From the human T2T-CHM13v2.0 reference genome, Homo sapiens, in assembly GCF_009914755.1 (NCBI RefSeq), contig NC_060931.1: a stretch of DNA of 64,000 bases; one strand, 5' to 3'. Positions 12,071 to 25,909 of the stretch are shown here, in pieces (position 1 is the first letter of the stretch; each line of letters starts with the position of its first letter). The notes under the pieces were generated by a model that was not told the DNA's origin, ran no database searches, and saw nothing but the letters and a program-made list of their open reading frames with translations. Position numbers and translations under genes: made by a program.

Positions 12071-13741
12071 ATTAAAAAACACATGGAATAGACAGGAAAA
12101 ATGAATAGCTAATAGGATCTATCTCTTATCTCTGGGTAATGATCATAAAGAAGTGGAACCAGGTTTGTTATTCAATGCTGGAATCTGGGTGAGGTGATGG
12201 TATAAAACCCAAGGCTAGCCCAAAACACGCTGAGGGAGCAGCTGATGAATTTCTTGTTACATGGGCATCCGCAAGCTCTTGCACTCCAAGGAATCAGTGG
12301 TTACAGAAACAACAGCTTGCACATGTTTTCCAGGTGCATAGAAAACAGGCTTTTTCATGTAGGTCTGCTGAGCCCTGGGAAGCTGATTCCCACCCCCCTT
12401 TTCCAGACCAGTCTTACCCCCTCTAACCAGCTGGGGCTGGAATCCTCACCCAGCCTTCTGGTTGTTTTGTCAAAACTTCTGGACCTTTGATTCCACCCCC
12501 ATCGTGAGGCTCAACATGACATTTCCAACAGGAGATTGCCCAGAATGGGTCCAGCTGCTTCCGATGGTTTTCCATTTGTTCTGGAAAAAGCTCCAGATAC
12601 CTTTGGTCAGCGCTCTTCCTGGCGTCTGCCTTGCTTGGGCCATTTCTCGCCCACACCATCCAGAAGGGGTTGCTGTCTGTAGGTACCTGCACATCTGTTC
12701 CACTGGGGAGGGAGACGATGGTGGGAGAGTGCAGCTTGGAGAACCAAGGACACGGGATTTTGGAGGGGGTACTTTCAGCCTCATGCTTGCATTAGATTCA
12801 GATCCTTAAAAACCAGAGAACCAGAGCCCTGTCAGAGGGCTTCATTCCGCCTCTGTAGAAGATTCATCGTCAGGAGAAAAGGGATTGTGCTGCTTCGATT
12901 TTTTCTTTTCTACTTCTACAAACTCATGTGAATTATTGTTACCTGTTAAGGATCTGGGAGGGAAACTTGCCCTGTGTTAAAGTGTTCAATCCCCAGGTCC
13001 TGAATTCTGTGTGAGGCGGGCCTTGTGCTCCCGTGCTGTGGGGTTCATGGAAAGTTTCAGTACAGCCTTTCCACCGTTGAGTGGCTGGATTCTCAGCCAT
13101 GTCCAGCCCCTCAGTGAATGCCCTCACCTGCTGGGTTTTCCATTCACAGCCACCTGTGCTGAACAGCTGAGGAACCTCAGCAGAGGCAAGAGGCCGTAAC
13201 CCCAGAGTGGGGGCAGGGAGGAATGGGACCCACGGTTTGCTACCCAAGGACCCTCACAACCCATTTCCAGGGGACTGCCAGGAGAGGCACAGGGGGCTGG
13301 CAGGCCGGCTCAGGGACACAGCTAATTTTAGCCCAGGGTGTACTTGTCCGAACTGGGGCTGGCTGCCTCATGGAAATTCCACAGCTCTCTGGTTTTATGT
13401 GTATGAGTGGTGTAATGCTCAAAATTTGCAAAGCTAACTTGGGTTTAAAGCAACATGTTTCTTTCTCCTTCTTCTAAAAATGCCCAGAAAACAGTCATTT
13501 CTCTGTGCTTTGGGTGTAGGTCAAAATTTCCTGGAGGTTCTTTTTTCATGATGGGGCAGTGTAGGGTGGAAGGAAGCATAGCTCTAGGAACCAGTCTTGA
13601 CTTGATCTTGCTCTGGCCAAACCAGGGCAGGACAGAGAATCAGTCTCTGTGCCCAAGGAGACCTTTGGGTCATCCATTTGGTGCAGTCAGTAAAATAAAT
13701 TACTTTAAAAAATACTGGAGGACCAGCGTCAGGTTCAGAAG

Positions 13742-13930
13742 CAGAGTCAGACATTGTGGGCCTGAAACTTACACAATCTGAGTGACCTCTTTAAGAGAAA
13801 GAATATGAAAGTATTTAATTTTCGCAAATTTTCCAAAAATACAAGACCGTGTGAACACACATTTCTAGGGCCTCTTAGAAAGGTCCCTGAAGCTTAAGCT
13901 TCATTAGCTTCATGGTAAATCAAATGCTAT
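13742..13930. mobile_element. hAT-Tip100 non-autonomous element (Arthur1/ORSL-like)
   Basis: gtgggcctgaaacttacacaat...ccctgaagcttaagcttcattagcttcatggtaaatc termini. Confidence 0.55.
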
Positions 13931-16900
13931 TCGGGTTATTATCATTTTTTTCTGACCAAGTAAGGACATTGAAACAATTTCATAAAATTTTACCAGTTGA
14001 GGTAGACATAATCTTATTTCAAGATTATGTCAACCTTTAGAATGAACAAATTAAGCTTTGTGAAACATTTCGCTGCATTGTTTTTTATTTTTATCACGTC
14101 ACCATGGACCTGTGTGTCCTGGACAGTTGGTAATTTTCCAAGCCTCAGTGTCTTCATTTGTAAAAAATAGGGCTAAAAAGTTCTTATGCTGCTTTCTACA
14201 CAGGACTTTCGTGAGAATTAAATTTTAAAACGTGCTTAGCAAGTGCTAGGAAAAGTAGAAGGTGTTGCTTAGATAAGCAATTATTATTGTAAGGGCAAAG
14301 CTGTAGAACATTTAACACCCTTAGAAGGTCATAGAAAGGTAAATCAAAGCCCAGGGAAGGTGAATATTTGCCCAGGGTCACTTGGAGAAAGGCATGAGCT
14401 CCAAAAATAAGTGTTATTTAAGTGTAAGCCTCTTCACCTTTCTAAAAGTAAATGAACCCAAATCTTTCTTTTCAAATGGCTATGAGGTCAACCTTGGACC
14501 CAGTCAGAGCTGTTTCGAACATGTGGCTCACAGCTCTTATATAAATGCTTACGCAGGGGAATGCCTTATAAGTTTGAAAGGAAAATACTTCATCCTAGAA
14601 GTTGTTTTAAGCCATGCTTTGACATATTTAACCAAACAGAGCCTAAGTGAGTTTAGTGTTTTGTGGGACTCAGCCTCTCGTTGGTGCAGCTTACTTCCCT
14701 GACACGTTGGTTGGTCTTTATAAGGACAGTCATGGGCAGGATTGGTGCCCCAGAGTGGCTTCTCCTAGCAGCTAAGTAAACATCTCCACACAGCTTTTCA
14801 GTCCACTGTGGAAACTGGCAGCAACTCCTTCAGGCAGCCACTCCTTCAGGCAGCCTGTCAGAACCTTCCCTTTTGTCATGCCAAGGATGACTTTAGACCT
14901 CCCTGGGACAGGGCCAAGGCTGTAGAGGCAATCCTTTCCATCCTGGGCTCTTACACCATCCTTGGGAGGCAGCCTCAGAGACCACTGGGGAGGGAGGCTG
15001 GGCTGCCAGGAAGCCCTAATCAGAGGCAGCCTTAGTGGCCCACCCACACCTGGGACACCTCATGCTGTGGGCCAGGCACCCCATCACATCTCTAGCACTG
15101 GCCCTGGTCACTGGTCTCATCCAGCATCTCATGATGGGTGGGCTTGGTCAGGTCCAGTAGCCACGGGCTAGTGTGCAGAGGGGTGGAGGTGAGACCAAGA
15201 TGAAGGGAGATCATGGGCTAGCAACATTTTGCTTGGTGAACTGCATACCCCAGGCCAGAGTGGTTACTCAATGAATTTGAGTGTGTTCCAGAGACATGCT
15301 TCATAGAGATCACTTTTCCTTCGAGAAGATATTTTTCTCTCCCTGGGGTAACATCACATCTACCCACCCTTTCACTGCCTGTTGAGCAACTCCTGCCTCT
15401 TGTACCAGTCACCTTTTGGAGCTGACTTCAGCCGTGCCCAGGAAACCAGCCTGAGAGAAGGGCAGGGAGGTGTGAACTGGGAGGGCCACAAAGTCCTGGT
15501 GTGTGTCTCCCCAAGGGAAGAGCAATCAGTCCTAATGCATTTTTGGGTCTTAAGAAAATGAAGGCAGTGCCTCAAATATCCAGCATGGGATAGATTAAAA
15601 TAAACCAAGATGAGAGTCAGGAGCTTAAAACTCTATTTCTGCCTACTTACCAGGGGCCTTGGGAAAGCTCTGTCCTTGACTCCCACCTCCAGCAGGGCTG
15701 CAGGATTAGACTAGATGGTCTGGATTAGCCTTTTCAGCCCTTCCAGCTGGATGAGCTGTATCTAGGTGATCTCTGAGTACTCCTCAGCTTCCAGAGGGAG
15801 CATCCATTGAATACCAATTGCGTGCCCGGGTCTCATATGCCAAATTGGAAGAATAGGGAAATAATATGAGGGAAGGTCACATCTTTGTACAGTTTTGTTT
15901 TGCAAACTGTATGCCCTTGAAGAAAACTTCTGAGTCTGAGACTGTGGTAAATTTGTTCTCCGTTCCTGGAATGTTCCAGAATCCAGCCTGACTCAAGGAA
16001 CAGAGATACAGGAAGGAGAAATGTTGGAACTGATTTCAGATCTTGCTCTGGCTCTGCATACTTCTTGTGAAGGACGTGTGCCAAGGCCTGTCGGGAGGGA
16101 CACATACGGAAAGAGAGTTAAGCTGAGAAACCATCACCCCGACAGAACAATGGCTTAGGAGGCTGGAGTACAGCATGTGTTCTCTGCAGCCGAACAGCCT
16201 GGGCCCGATGGCTTTTCCAGGAGGATGCGGGGCCATCCGTTTCTCCCTCCCTCCCGCCCCCCTGCCTCCCAAATCTGTCCTCACTGGGCGATCCCTATCT
16301 TTGTCCACCTTTGTCATCATGGACCCAGATGAGAGAGACTTGGGTATGCAGCCCAGTTCCCAATTAAGGGAGTCACTGGTTTCAGGAAGATAATTTATTT
16401 GAGCTGAATTGTTAAGGCAGATTGTTTTCACAGGATTCCAAGCAGAGAGCTTTTCTCACAGGAAATGTCAGGCCAGCAATTCTAGTCAGGTTTTCCACAT
16501 CCTTAAGAGGAAAGAAAAGACAGAGAGAAAAAAATATTCCTTTTATATGTTGTAGGTCAACCGTTTGAGAACTGGCAACTGCAGGGTATAAACTTAAGAT
16601 CTGTTAAAATTGCTACACATTGTGATAGTTAGTGCACGCGATGACTTCTCGATAACCCAACCCTTCATGAGACCTCATGTTCTTTATGGCTTAATTTGAA
16701 AAATGCATGTGAATATCCAGTGGCCAAGGGAGGTAGAGGAAGCCCCTCCGGAGGCTCAGAGTCCCACTGAGCTCCCAGGAGATGAAGACACTGAAGAACT
16801 CCCATCCTCTCCCTGGAGCTTGGTTTCCTTGTCTGTAACACCAAAGGTCATGCCAGGTGACGTCTAAGTGCCATCCAGCTCTAACCACAATTCTGTACTC

Positions 16901-19499
16901 CACCTATACCTAGAGGAGCTTGGCTGAGGAGCTACAGGAAACCAAAGAAAAAAGGAGAGCAGGAAAGTGAAAGGAAAAAAGCTTTTCTTCCATGGAGAAC
17001 TTGGGTTTGTCTTTTTTTTTTTTTTTTTTTTAGCATTCTACATTAAAAAAATTTTTTTTAGTCTTTTTATATCAACTTGCCCTCAGGGATCTGACTCACA
17101 AAAACTTACTGCTTCTCCAGCAGTTCAGTCATTCATGAGAGCTGTTGAAGTGATGGGGGTTATACAGAGTCACTGATGGAAGCGAGGAAGGAGTACAGCA
17201 CCGCTGTCCCTGGTGGGCACCTCCAGTGTTTGCTGTGTGCATACCTGGCCAAGAAGTGCTTGCAGGTGGGGAGGGGCTGGGTCTGAAAAGCGGAAGCCCG
17301 GGTTCCCGAAGTTTTGTGGTTCTTATAGCCCCTCAAAGACAACTCCGGCAAAAGGGAGGCTGAGACTAGGGGCAATGCGTCTGTTGCCAGGTGATGCCAG
17401 TCTTACCTAGCATGTGCGTGTCCATCCACTTCCTATATGTCTGTCCATGTCTGAACAACTCTCTCATTCATTATAATCTAACCCTCTTGTTCATTGCAAA
17501 ATGATGTTCTGTTTCACGTGGGAGAGTGGTAGGAGTGCCGAATTTGTATTCAGGAAACCTGGACTCTGGTCCTGGGGTTTTCAGTTTCACTCGCCTTGTT
17601 GCTTGCCCTCTAGTATGTATATCACCAGCATATTGGGTATGTGTGGGATGCTGGACATCCTCATCTTGTTACTGACTCTAGCAGGGATGCTTCCAATGCC
17701 TCAGCGTTAGGTAGGATGTTCTTTAGGGTTCAAATAAAACCCTTTCCTTCCCTTGAGCATGCTAAGAATTATTTTTAAAGAAACATATATGGATATTTAT
17801 TTTTATCAAGTGCTTTTTCTGCATCTATTTAGATTATTTTGTATTTTTTAAATCTCTTGATATGAATTACATTATTAGATTTTCTACTGTTAAAATAGTC
17901 TTGCATTTCTATTTGGTCATAATTTCTCTCAAACTCATGGCTGATACAGTTGTCTATTTTATTTTATATTTTTGTATTTTATGTTTACAGGTATTAGATT
18001 TTTAGAATCAAGGTTGTGGTAACCTCATTAATCATCATTATCTCAACTAACACGTAGCAATTTCTGTATGTAGGGTGCTATTCCTAGTACTTGATGTATT
18101 AACTCATTTAATTCTCACAACAGTCTTTTGAGGGAAGACTATTATTAGCCCCATTAGATGAAGAATAAAGAATAGATGAAGAATCTGAAGCCCAGAGAAG
18201 CTGGACACTTGCCTCTCCTGCACAGACTTTTAGTGTGTCAGTGAGATTCATAGCTGGGATGGGTGGTTCCAGAGTCCGAGTGTACTCTATTTGGGAATGT
18301 AAACTGGGGAGATTTTCTTATATTTGGTGGAACACATCAGTAAAACTCTTCGTGTATATGTTGGGGCTGGAAATGGGGGTGAATTTTAAATTAATGATTT
18401 AAGAAAATGATTATAGGTAGTTTCAGATTTTCTGTTCATTTTTTCGTCAGTTTTGTGATTTTTCTAGAAAATGGTCCCATCTGTCAGTTTTCAGATGTAT
18501 TGGTTTGAACTTATTCATACTAGTTTCTTCTTACTGAAAAGCTCCTATTGATAATGTTTAGTTTTATCCTTCCTTTTCACTCTTAGTATTGTTTATTTAT
18601 ACTCTCTTCTCTTTATCAATCTTGCCAAAGGTTTGCCTTTTTACTAATCTTTTAAAAGAATCGGTTTTGAAGGTTGTTGAATCTATTATTTTTTATTTCA
18701 TTAACTTTTTCATCTTGCATTTATTTTTCCTCCTTCCTACTCTCTTTTGGTCTATTCTGTTGTTCTCTTTTGCTGGGGGATGCTTACTTTGCTTTCCACT
18801 GTTCCACAATAATAGGTGCCTTTATGCTATACACTGCCCTCTCCATATTACTTTAACTGCTTCCCGTAAGACTTTATAAGTTGTGTTTTTAATGTTAACC
18901 ATTTTGAAATATTTTCTGCCATTATTTCTTTAAAATTTTCTAATGCATGGGTTATTTTGGGGGAGTGTAGAGGAGCTATCTCTTTATCATTGAATTCTTT
19001 TTTTATTTCTTTGTAATCAGAAACACAGTTTGGAATTTTTTGAGACATAATATGTGGACTGCTGTATGGTCAATATTTATACATTTGTGCTTGACAAGAA
19101 TATATTATTTAACAGTTGGATGTTTTGGATCAAACATGTTAATTTAGTGTTCAAATTTTAGTCTTTATTCTTATTAATGTTATTTTTCTGCTTGATCTGT
19201 TAGTTGCTGGGAGAGATGTGTTAAAATTTTCTATTATGCTCACGGATTGAAGAGTTTCTCCTCGTAGTTCTGTCAAATTTTTGATAATATGTTTTGAAGC
19301 TTTGTTGTTAGGAGCATAGAGTTTCATGATGGCTACATTTTTCTGTTGAATTTTTCCTTTTATTATTCTCTAATAAGTAAGTTTATCACTAATAACACTT
19401 TTTATCCCAAAATCTGTTTTTATCTGATAGCATTTAGCTACATCACCTTTTAAATGGCTAGTATACAAGTGGTATATTTTTGCCATGCTTTACTGTTAA

Positions 19500-19845
<346 letters not shown>

Positions 19846-21803
19846 AATAATTTTTAAAAGTAAAATTCAATCTGTGTCTCTTTTAACTGGCAAGTTTAAT
19901 TTTTTTTTTGCCTTTAGTATAATTGCTGATTTACTTGAATTTATTTGTCCTGTTATATTTCATACTTCCCTTTTGCCACATTTTTTCTTTATATAATTTC
20001 TCCTCTTTTCTTGCTTTCTTATTTTTTAAATTAACCATTTGAAAGTGAACAATTCAGTGGCATTTAGTACATTCACAGTGTTGTATAACCACCACCTCTG
20101 TCTAGTTCTAGAACATCTTCATTTCTTCAAAGGAAAATCCTTTATGCATTAAGCAGTTTTTCTCCATTCCTCCCCCAACCCCCAGTCTCTGGCAACTACC
20201 GATCTGTGATATTTCACATAAGCGGAATCATATAATATATAAACTTACGGTGTCAGGCTTCTTTCACTTAACATAATGTTTTTGAGGTTCATCCATATTG
20301 TAGCATGTATCCGTACCTCATTCCTTTTGATGGCAGAATAATATTCCGTTGTATGGATATATAACATTTTATTTATTTACTCATTTGTTGATTGACATTT
20401 GGGTTGTCTCCACCTTTTGGTTATTGTAAATAGTGCTGCCGTGAACATTTACGCACATGTATTTGTTTGAGTCCCTGTTTTCAGTTCTTTGGGGGTGCAT
20501 ACTGAAAAATGGAATTGCAGAATAATGCTATTTTTAACTTTTTGAGGAACTCCCAGACTGTTTTCCACAGTGGCACTTACTTGTGAATTAACTGAAATGT
20601 ATTTTTTTTCTACTCTTTTCACATTTAGAAATTATACACTATGTTTTTATTGTTCTAGTGGTTACTTCTAAAATTTTAATCTTAATTGACTTTAATCAAT
20701 CCCTCTACCCCCTCAAAAAAATGTGAGATTTTAAGAAGCTTTAACTCTGATGATTGTTTCCCATTCCCATGCTCCTGTTTATTATGTCTGGTGTTTTAGT
20801 TTCACTTTGTTTTTAACTACTCTTAAATTAGTTGCTATTATTATTTTAATTGTTTTTATTGTCGGTTCTCATTTAGGTTTATCTAAATGCTTGCCGATTT
20901 CTTTTCTTCCTGATATGAGTCCTTGATCGTTCATTCAGTGAAGGTCTGTGATACTAAACTGTTTTAATCCTTGACTGAAAATGTCTTCATTTTGTTCTTA
21001 CTTTTAGTGATGTTTTAGTTGGGAATTTCAAAGTTGACAGTTTTTTTCTTTCAGCTTTGAAGATGTTATTTTATTGTCTTATGCCCTTGTCATTGCTATT
21101 GAGAAGTCTGCTGTAACTGTTTATAGGTAATCTGCCTTTTGTCTAAGATTTTTCTCATTGTCTTTTGTATTCCAGTAGTTTTAAAATGACATGTCTAGGT
21201 ATGCATTTATTTTTACATGTCCATTTGAATCTCATGTTTCTATGAGAATGCATGTCTGGAAAGTTCTTAGCAATTACCTTTTCAGGTATTTCCCTTCCTA
21301 AATTCTCTTTATTCTTTCATTCTGGAGCTTCTTTTATATGTATGTTGGACTTTAGAAGTTTTTCCTCCATTTCTCTTATTTATTTGCTCCTTCGTGCAGT
21401 TTATCTCTCTCCTGATGGTGATATTCTGAGTAATGTCATCTGATAGCTCTTAGTAGTTAATGATGTCTTCACTAATCTACTGTTTATGTTTACCAAAATA
21501 TTTTTCCAAATTTTAAGGAAGTTCAAACCTGTAAAAAGCTTGAAAGAAGAGTACAATGAATATCTGTAGACTTTTCACTTAAATTCAGCAATTGGTATGA
21601 TTTTGTCACATTTGTTCTTTCTCTCTCTTTCTCTCATCTCCTCCTCCCCAATATATATTAATCGTATTTATATATACACGTATTTTTCTGATGATTCATT
21701 CTAAAGTAAAATACAGATATCCTGACATTTCACTTGTAAATATTTCAGCATGCGTCTCCTAAGGGCAAGAACATTTTCCTCCACAACCACAGTACCCACA
21801 AAA

Positions 21804-22115
21804 TTTCTTTCTTTCTTTCTTTCTTTTTTTTTTTTCTTTTGAGACAGAGTCTTGCTCTGACACCCAGACTGGAGTGCAGTGGTGTGATCTTGGCTCACTG
21901 TCACCTCCGTTTCCCAGATTCAAGGGATCCTCCCACAGTCCTGTAGATGGGACTACAGGCTCACACCACCAAGCCTGGGTAATTTTTGTATTTTTAGTAG
22001 AGACAGGGTTTTGCCATGTTGCCCAGGCTGGCCTCAAACTCCTGGGCTCAAGTGATCCTCCTGCCTCAGCCTCCTAAAGTGTTGGGATTACAGGTGTGAA
22101 CTACTGTACCTGGCC
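21804..22115 (-). mobile_element. AluJ
   Basis: Diverged Alu with (CTTT)n tail and ctgggctcaagtgatcctcc J-type segment. Confidence 0.85.
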
Positions 22116-22271
22116 CAATAAATTTCATATTGATTCAATAACATTATCTGACATGTAGCCCATAATCAAATCTTTCTCAAGTGTTCCCCAGATATTCTTT
22201 TAGGCTTTATTTTTTTTCAATCCAGGATCCATTCGAGGTTTGCCCATTGTCTTGGTTGACGTGCCTGTCTA

Positions 22272-22592
22272 TTTTATTTATTTATTTATTTATTTATTTA
22301 TTTTCAGACAAGGTTTCACTCTTGCTAGGCTGGAGTGCAGTGGCATGACCACAGCTCACTGCAGTCTTGACTTCCCAGGCTCCAGTGATCCTCCCACCTG
22401 AAGCCTCCCGAGCAGCTAGGACTACAGGCATGCACCACTACACTTGGCTAATTTTTGAATTTTTTTTTTTTTTGCAGGGATGGGGTATCACTATGTTGCC
22501 CAGACTGTTCTCCGACTTCTGGGCTCAAGCAGTCGGCCCACCTTGGCCTCCCAAAGGGCTGAGATTACAGGTGTGAGCCACTGTGCCCAGCC
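22272..22592 (-). mobile_element. AluJ
   Basis: (TTTA)n tail, J-type body, flanking gtctatttta repeat. Confidence 0.85.
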
Positions 22593-23704
22593 TCTAGTCT
22601 ATTTTAATCTCAGTTTTAGTTTTTCATGAAGAGAATGGGCTTGTCCTAAGAACACCCATATTCTAGATTTGTTGGTTTGTTTCATTATTAGGTTTACATT
22701 AAGCATTTTTTTTTTGGCAGGGACAATACATAAGTGATGTTGTATATTTCCTGTTACATCACATCAGGACCACATTAATGTCAGTTTGTTTTATTTTGAT
22801 GATGCTAAGTTGGATCACTCTGTTAACGTGGTGTATGTCACTCTGTCTATCATTGTAAAGATAACTTTCCCTTTTGCAATTAATAAGTAATCTGAAAGTT
22901 TTAGACCATATGAATATCCTGTTCCTCAAAAACCTTCCATCCAGTTGTATTGGCATCTACTGATGACCCTTTCCCATATAAATGATTACATTGGAGTGTG
23001 TAAAATGATGATTTTCTAATTTTATAATTCCTTCTACATTCATTGACGGTATTCTGTAGAAAAGAGCTTGTCCATCTTCTTTCTCTTTTCCTTGCACTCC
23101 CCCCACCTTCTTCCTTCTTTCCCTTCATTCCTTCCTCCTTCAGTAGCAGACTCATGAATTTTTTTCAATATTTAATGTATCATCTATCACCATTGTTATA
23201 TGCCCATTATTTCAATGACTGCATTTACTCTTCAAAACTGCCCATTCTTTTTTCATAATGTCTAGCTCTTTTCTTATGATTTCCATTCCTGTTTTTAAAA
23301 AGTTTCTCTAATCTTTCTAATTTACAGCCTCTCTGAGATTTTTGCTCCATCTTGAGTCTTTGGGAGTCCTATTTGCTGTGTCTGTTGGCTTTCACTCATG
23401 GTACATGGTACATCATTTCTCATGTGTTTAAGAGTTTTTTGTTTTGAGCATATTTTAGTAGGACTTAAAAAAACAAATAAAAAAACAAAAAACTTCTCTC
23501 TTCTAGGGAATCTTGTTTGAACTGGTTTGTAGGAATGCTCTGCCAGATAATTTTACATTGCTTTGGTTAGGTGTGCTGGGGTATCACTGACTTGGGAAAA
23601 ATTTATGTTAATTTCTTATATTCTAGATTCTTGTGCCATATAAATGGGGTCAATTTGAACTCCACTGACACTGGGTTCTGATATTTCATCAAATATATAG
23701 CAAA

Positions 23705-24116
23705 TGTCTTAGTCTGTTTTCTGTAGCATATAACAGAAAACCTGAAACTGAGTAGTTTGTAAGGAAACAAAATTTGTGTCCTACAGTTCTGGAGGTTGGA
23801 AAGTCCGAGGATGGGAGGTCACATCTAATGAGGGCCTTCTTGCTAGTGGGGGCTCTCTGCAGAGTGCTGAGGTAGCTCAAGGCATCACATGATGGGGAGG
23901 CTGAGTGTGCTAATTCAGATCTGTCTTCCTCTTCTTAGAAAGCCACCAATCCCACTCCCATAACAACTTGTTAATTTATGATCCCATTAATCCATTCATG
24001 AGGGCAAAGCACTCATGACTCAATCATCTCCTGAATGCCCCACCTCTGAATACGGCCACACTGGGGATTAAATTTCAACATGAGTTTTAGAGGGGTCAGA
24101 TATTCAAACCATAGCA
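23705..24116 (-). mobile_element. MaLR solo LTR (MSTC-like)
   Basis: tgtcttagtctgttttctgt...ttcaaaccatagca termini. Confidence 0.8.
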
Positions 24117-24228
24117 GTAAGTGATCAGTATCTTTATTTTCATGAGATGCCTTTCTTTTAGAGCCCATAACTAATTTAGCCAAGAATCTAGTAACAAACA
24201 CAGAGGAATAAGCATCTCCTCTTCTCAG

Positions 24229-24508
24229 TTTTTATTTTTTTGCTATTTATTTTTATTTTTATTTTTTAGAGGTAGTGGCTTGCGTGATCATAGCTCACTG
24301 CAGCCTTAAACTCCTGGGCTTCAGCGATCCTCCCATTTCAGCCTCCTGAGTAGCTGGGATTACAGGTGCGTGACACCACGCTCAACTAATTTATTTATTT
24401 TTTGTGGAGAGAGGGTCTTGATATGTTGCCCAGGCTGGCCTCAAGTGATCATCCCGCCTCCACCTCCCAGAATGCTGGGACTATAGGCATGAGCCACCAC
24501 ACCTTGCT
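24229..24508 (-). mobile_element. AluJ with internal deletions
   Basis: gatcatagctcactgcagcc...gagccaccacacc. Confidence 0.8.
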
Positions 24509-25448
24509 TCTTCTCTGTTATTATGTGAGAGTGGCTCTTTCCACCAAGCCAAGGATTCAGTTATTCAGAGATTGAGTCCTGGTCCCATGGAGCCCAGAAC
24601 ACCAGCAGTAATCCAGCTCATGCCTCTCTCTGGGGGGCATGAGAGGACCTGTGGTGGGAGGTGGAGGCCTTAGCAGAGGGTCGAGCCGAGTTCTGCCACT
24701 TGGCCCCCATGAATTTATTAGTTGCATGCTTTGATACATGTCTCCGGGTTATCAGCACAATCACACTTTGAAAAAGTGTTTTGAGTCCCTTGATTTATCT
24801 TTTTGTCATTGTTGTTCAGAATAGTTTTCACTCAAAGGCAAGAACATGCTTTTAAACTGACCTTTTAAACTTTGTAAAGCTTATGCCACAAAGAGACACA
24901 TGAAAGGAACAATAAGTACATTCTCTATGTGGAAGCATAATTGAAGTCTCCTCTGGTGATGAGATCTATGGGAACCCGGCACAAAGCATCTGAGCTGGGC
25001 TCTTGTGCTGATGGATGGCCCTCTGGGTGGAAGTCCCATGACCAGAGAGAGAGGCCAAGCTGTACCCTACCCAGTGGAAACATTCCCACCATCTCAGCGG
25101 GCTCATGGCCACCTGCCTACCCTCAGGAGCCAAGGGAACCACTTGGGAGATTTGGCCCTTGTCCTGCGGTCTGCAGGAAGCCATGGAAGTTTCTGAGCAG
25201 GGGAAGGATGTGGAAAATAGAGGCAAGACCAAAGTAGAGCATTTGAAGCCAGCAGCCTGGGTTTGAATCCTGACTCTGGCACTTCTAAGTTGTGTGACCT
25301 TGTGTAAGCCACCTAACTTCTGTGAGAATCATCTGGCATTGAGCACCCATTTATGGAGCACTGGCTACATGCTGGACACCTGGGATCCAGAGGAGACCAA
25401 GAGAATACTGCAGTCGTTTCTTCTTCCTTGCTTATAACTGTTACCATG

Positions 25449-25909
25449 TGTATTAGTTTACCATTGCTGCCATAACAAATTACCACAAAGTGGCTTCAAA
25501 CAACATGAATTTATTATCTCATAGTTCTGGAGGGCTGAATTTCCACTGAGCTAAAGTCAAGGTGTTGAAAGGGCTGGTTGTTTCTTGAGGATCCAGGGGA
25601 GAATTTGTTTCCTTGCCCTTTTCACCTTCTAGTACCCACCTGGATTCCTTGGCTTGTAGCTCCTTCCTGTCTGCAAAGTAAATCACTCCAATCTCTGCTT
25701 CCATGTTCACATCGCCTTCTCTTCTCCCTTTACCTCTTTATGATAAGGATTCTTATAATTACATTGGTCCCATTTAGGTAATATAGGATAATTTCCTTGT
25801 CTAAAGATCCTTCACTTATTCTTATTTGCAGAATCTCTTTTGCCGTGTAAAGTAACATTCAGGGATTAGGATGTGGATATAATTGAGGGCCGTTATTCAG
25901 CCTATGACA
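25449..25909 (-). mobile_element. MaLR solo LTR (MLT1C/D-like)
   Basis: tgtattagtttaccattgctgccataacaaattaccacaaa...ttattcagcctatgaca. Confidence 0.8.
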
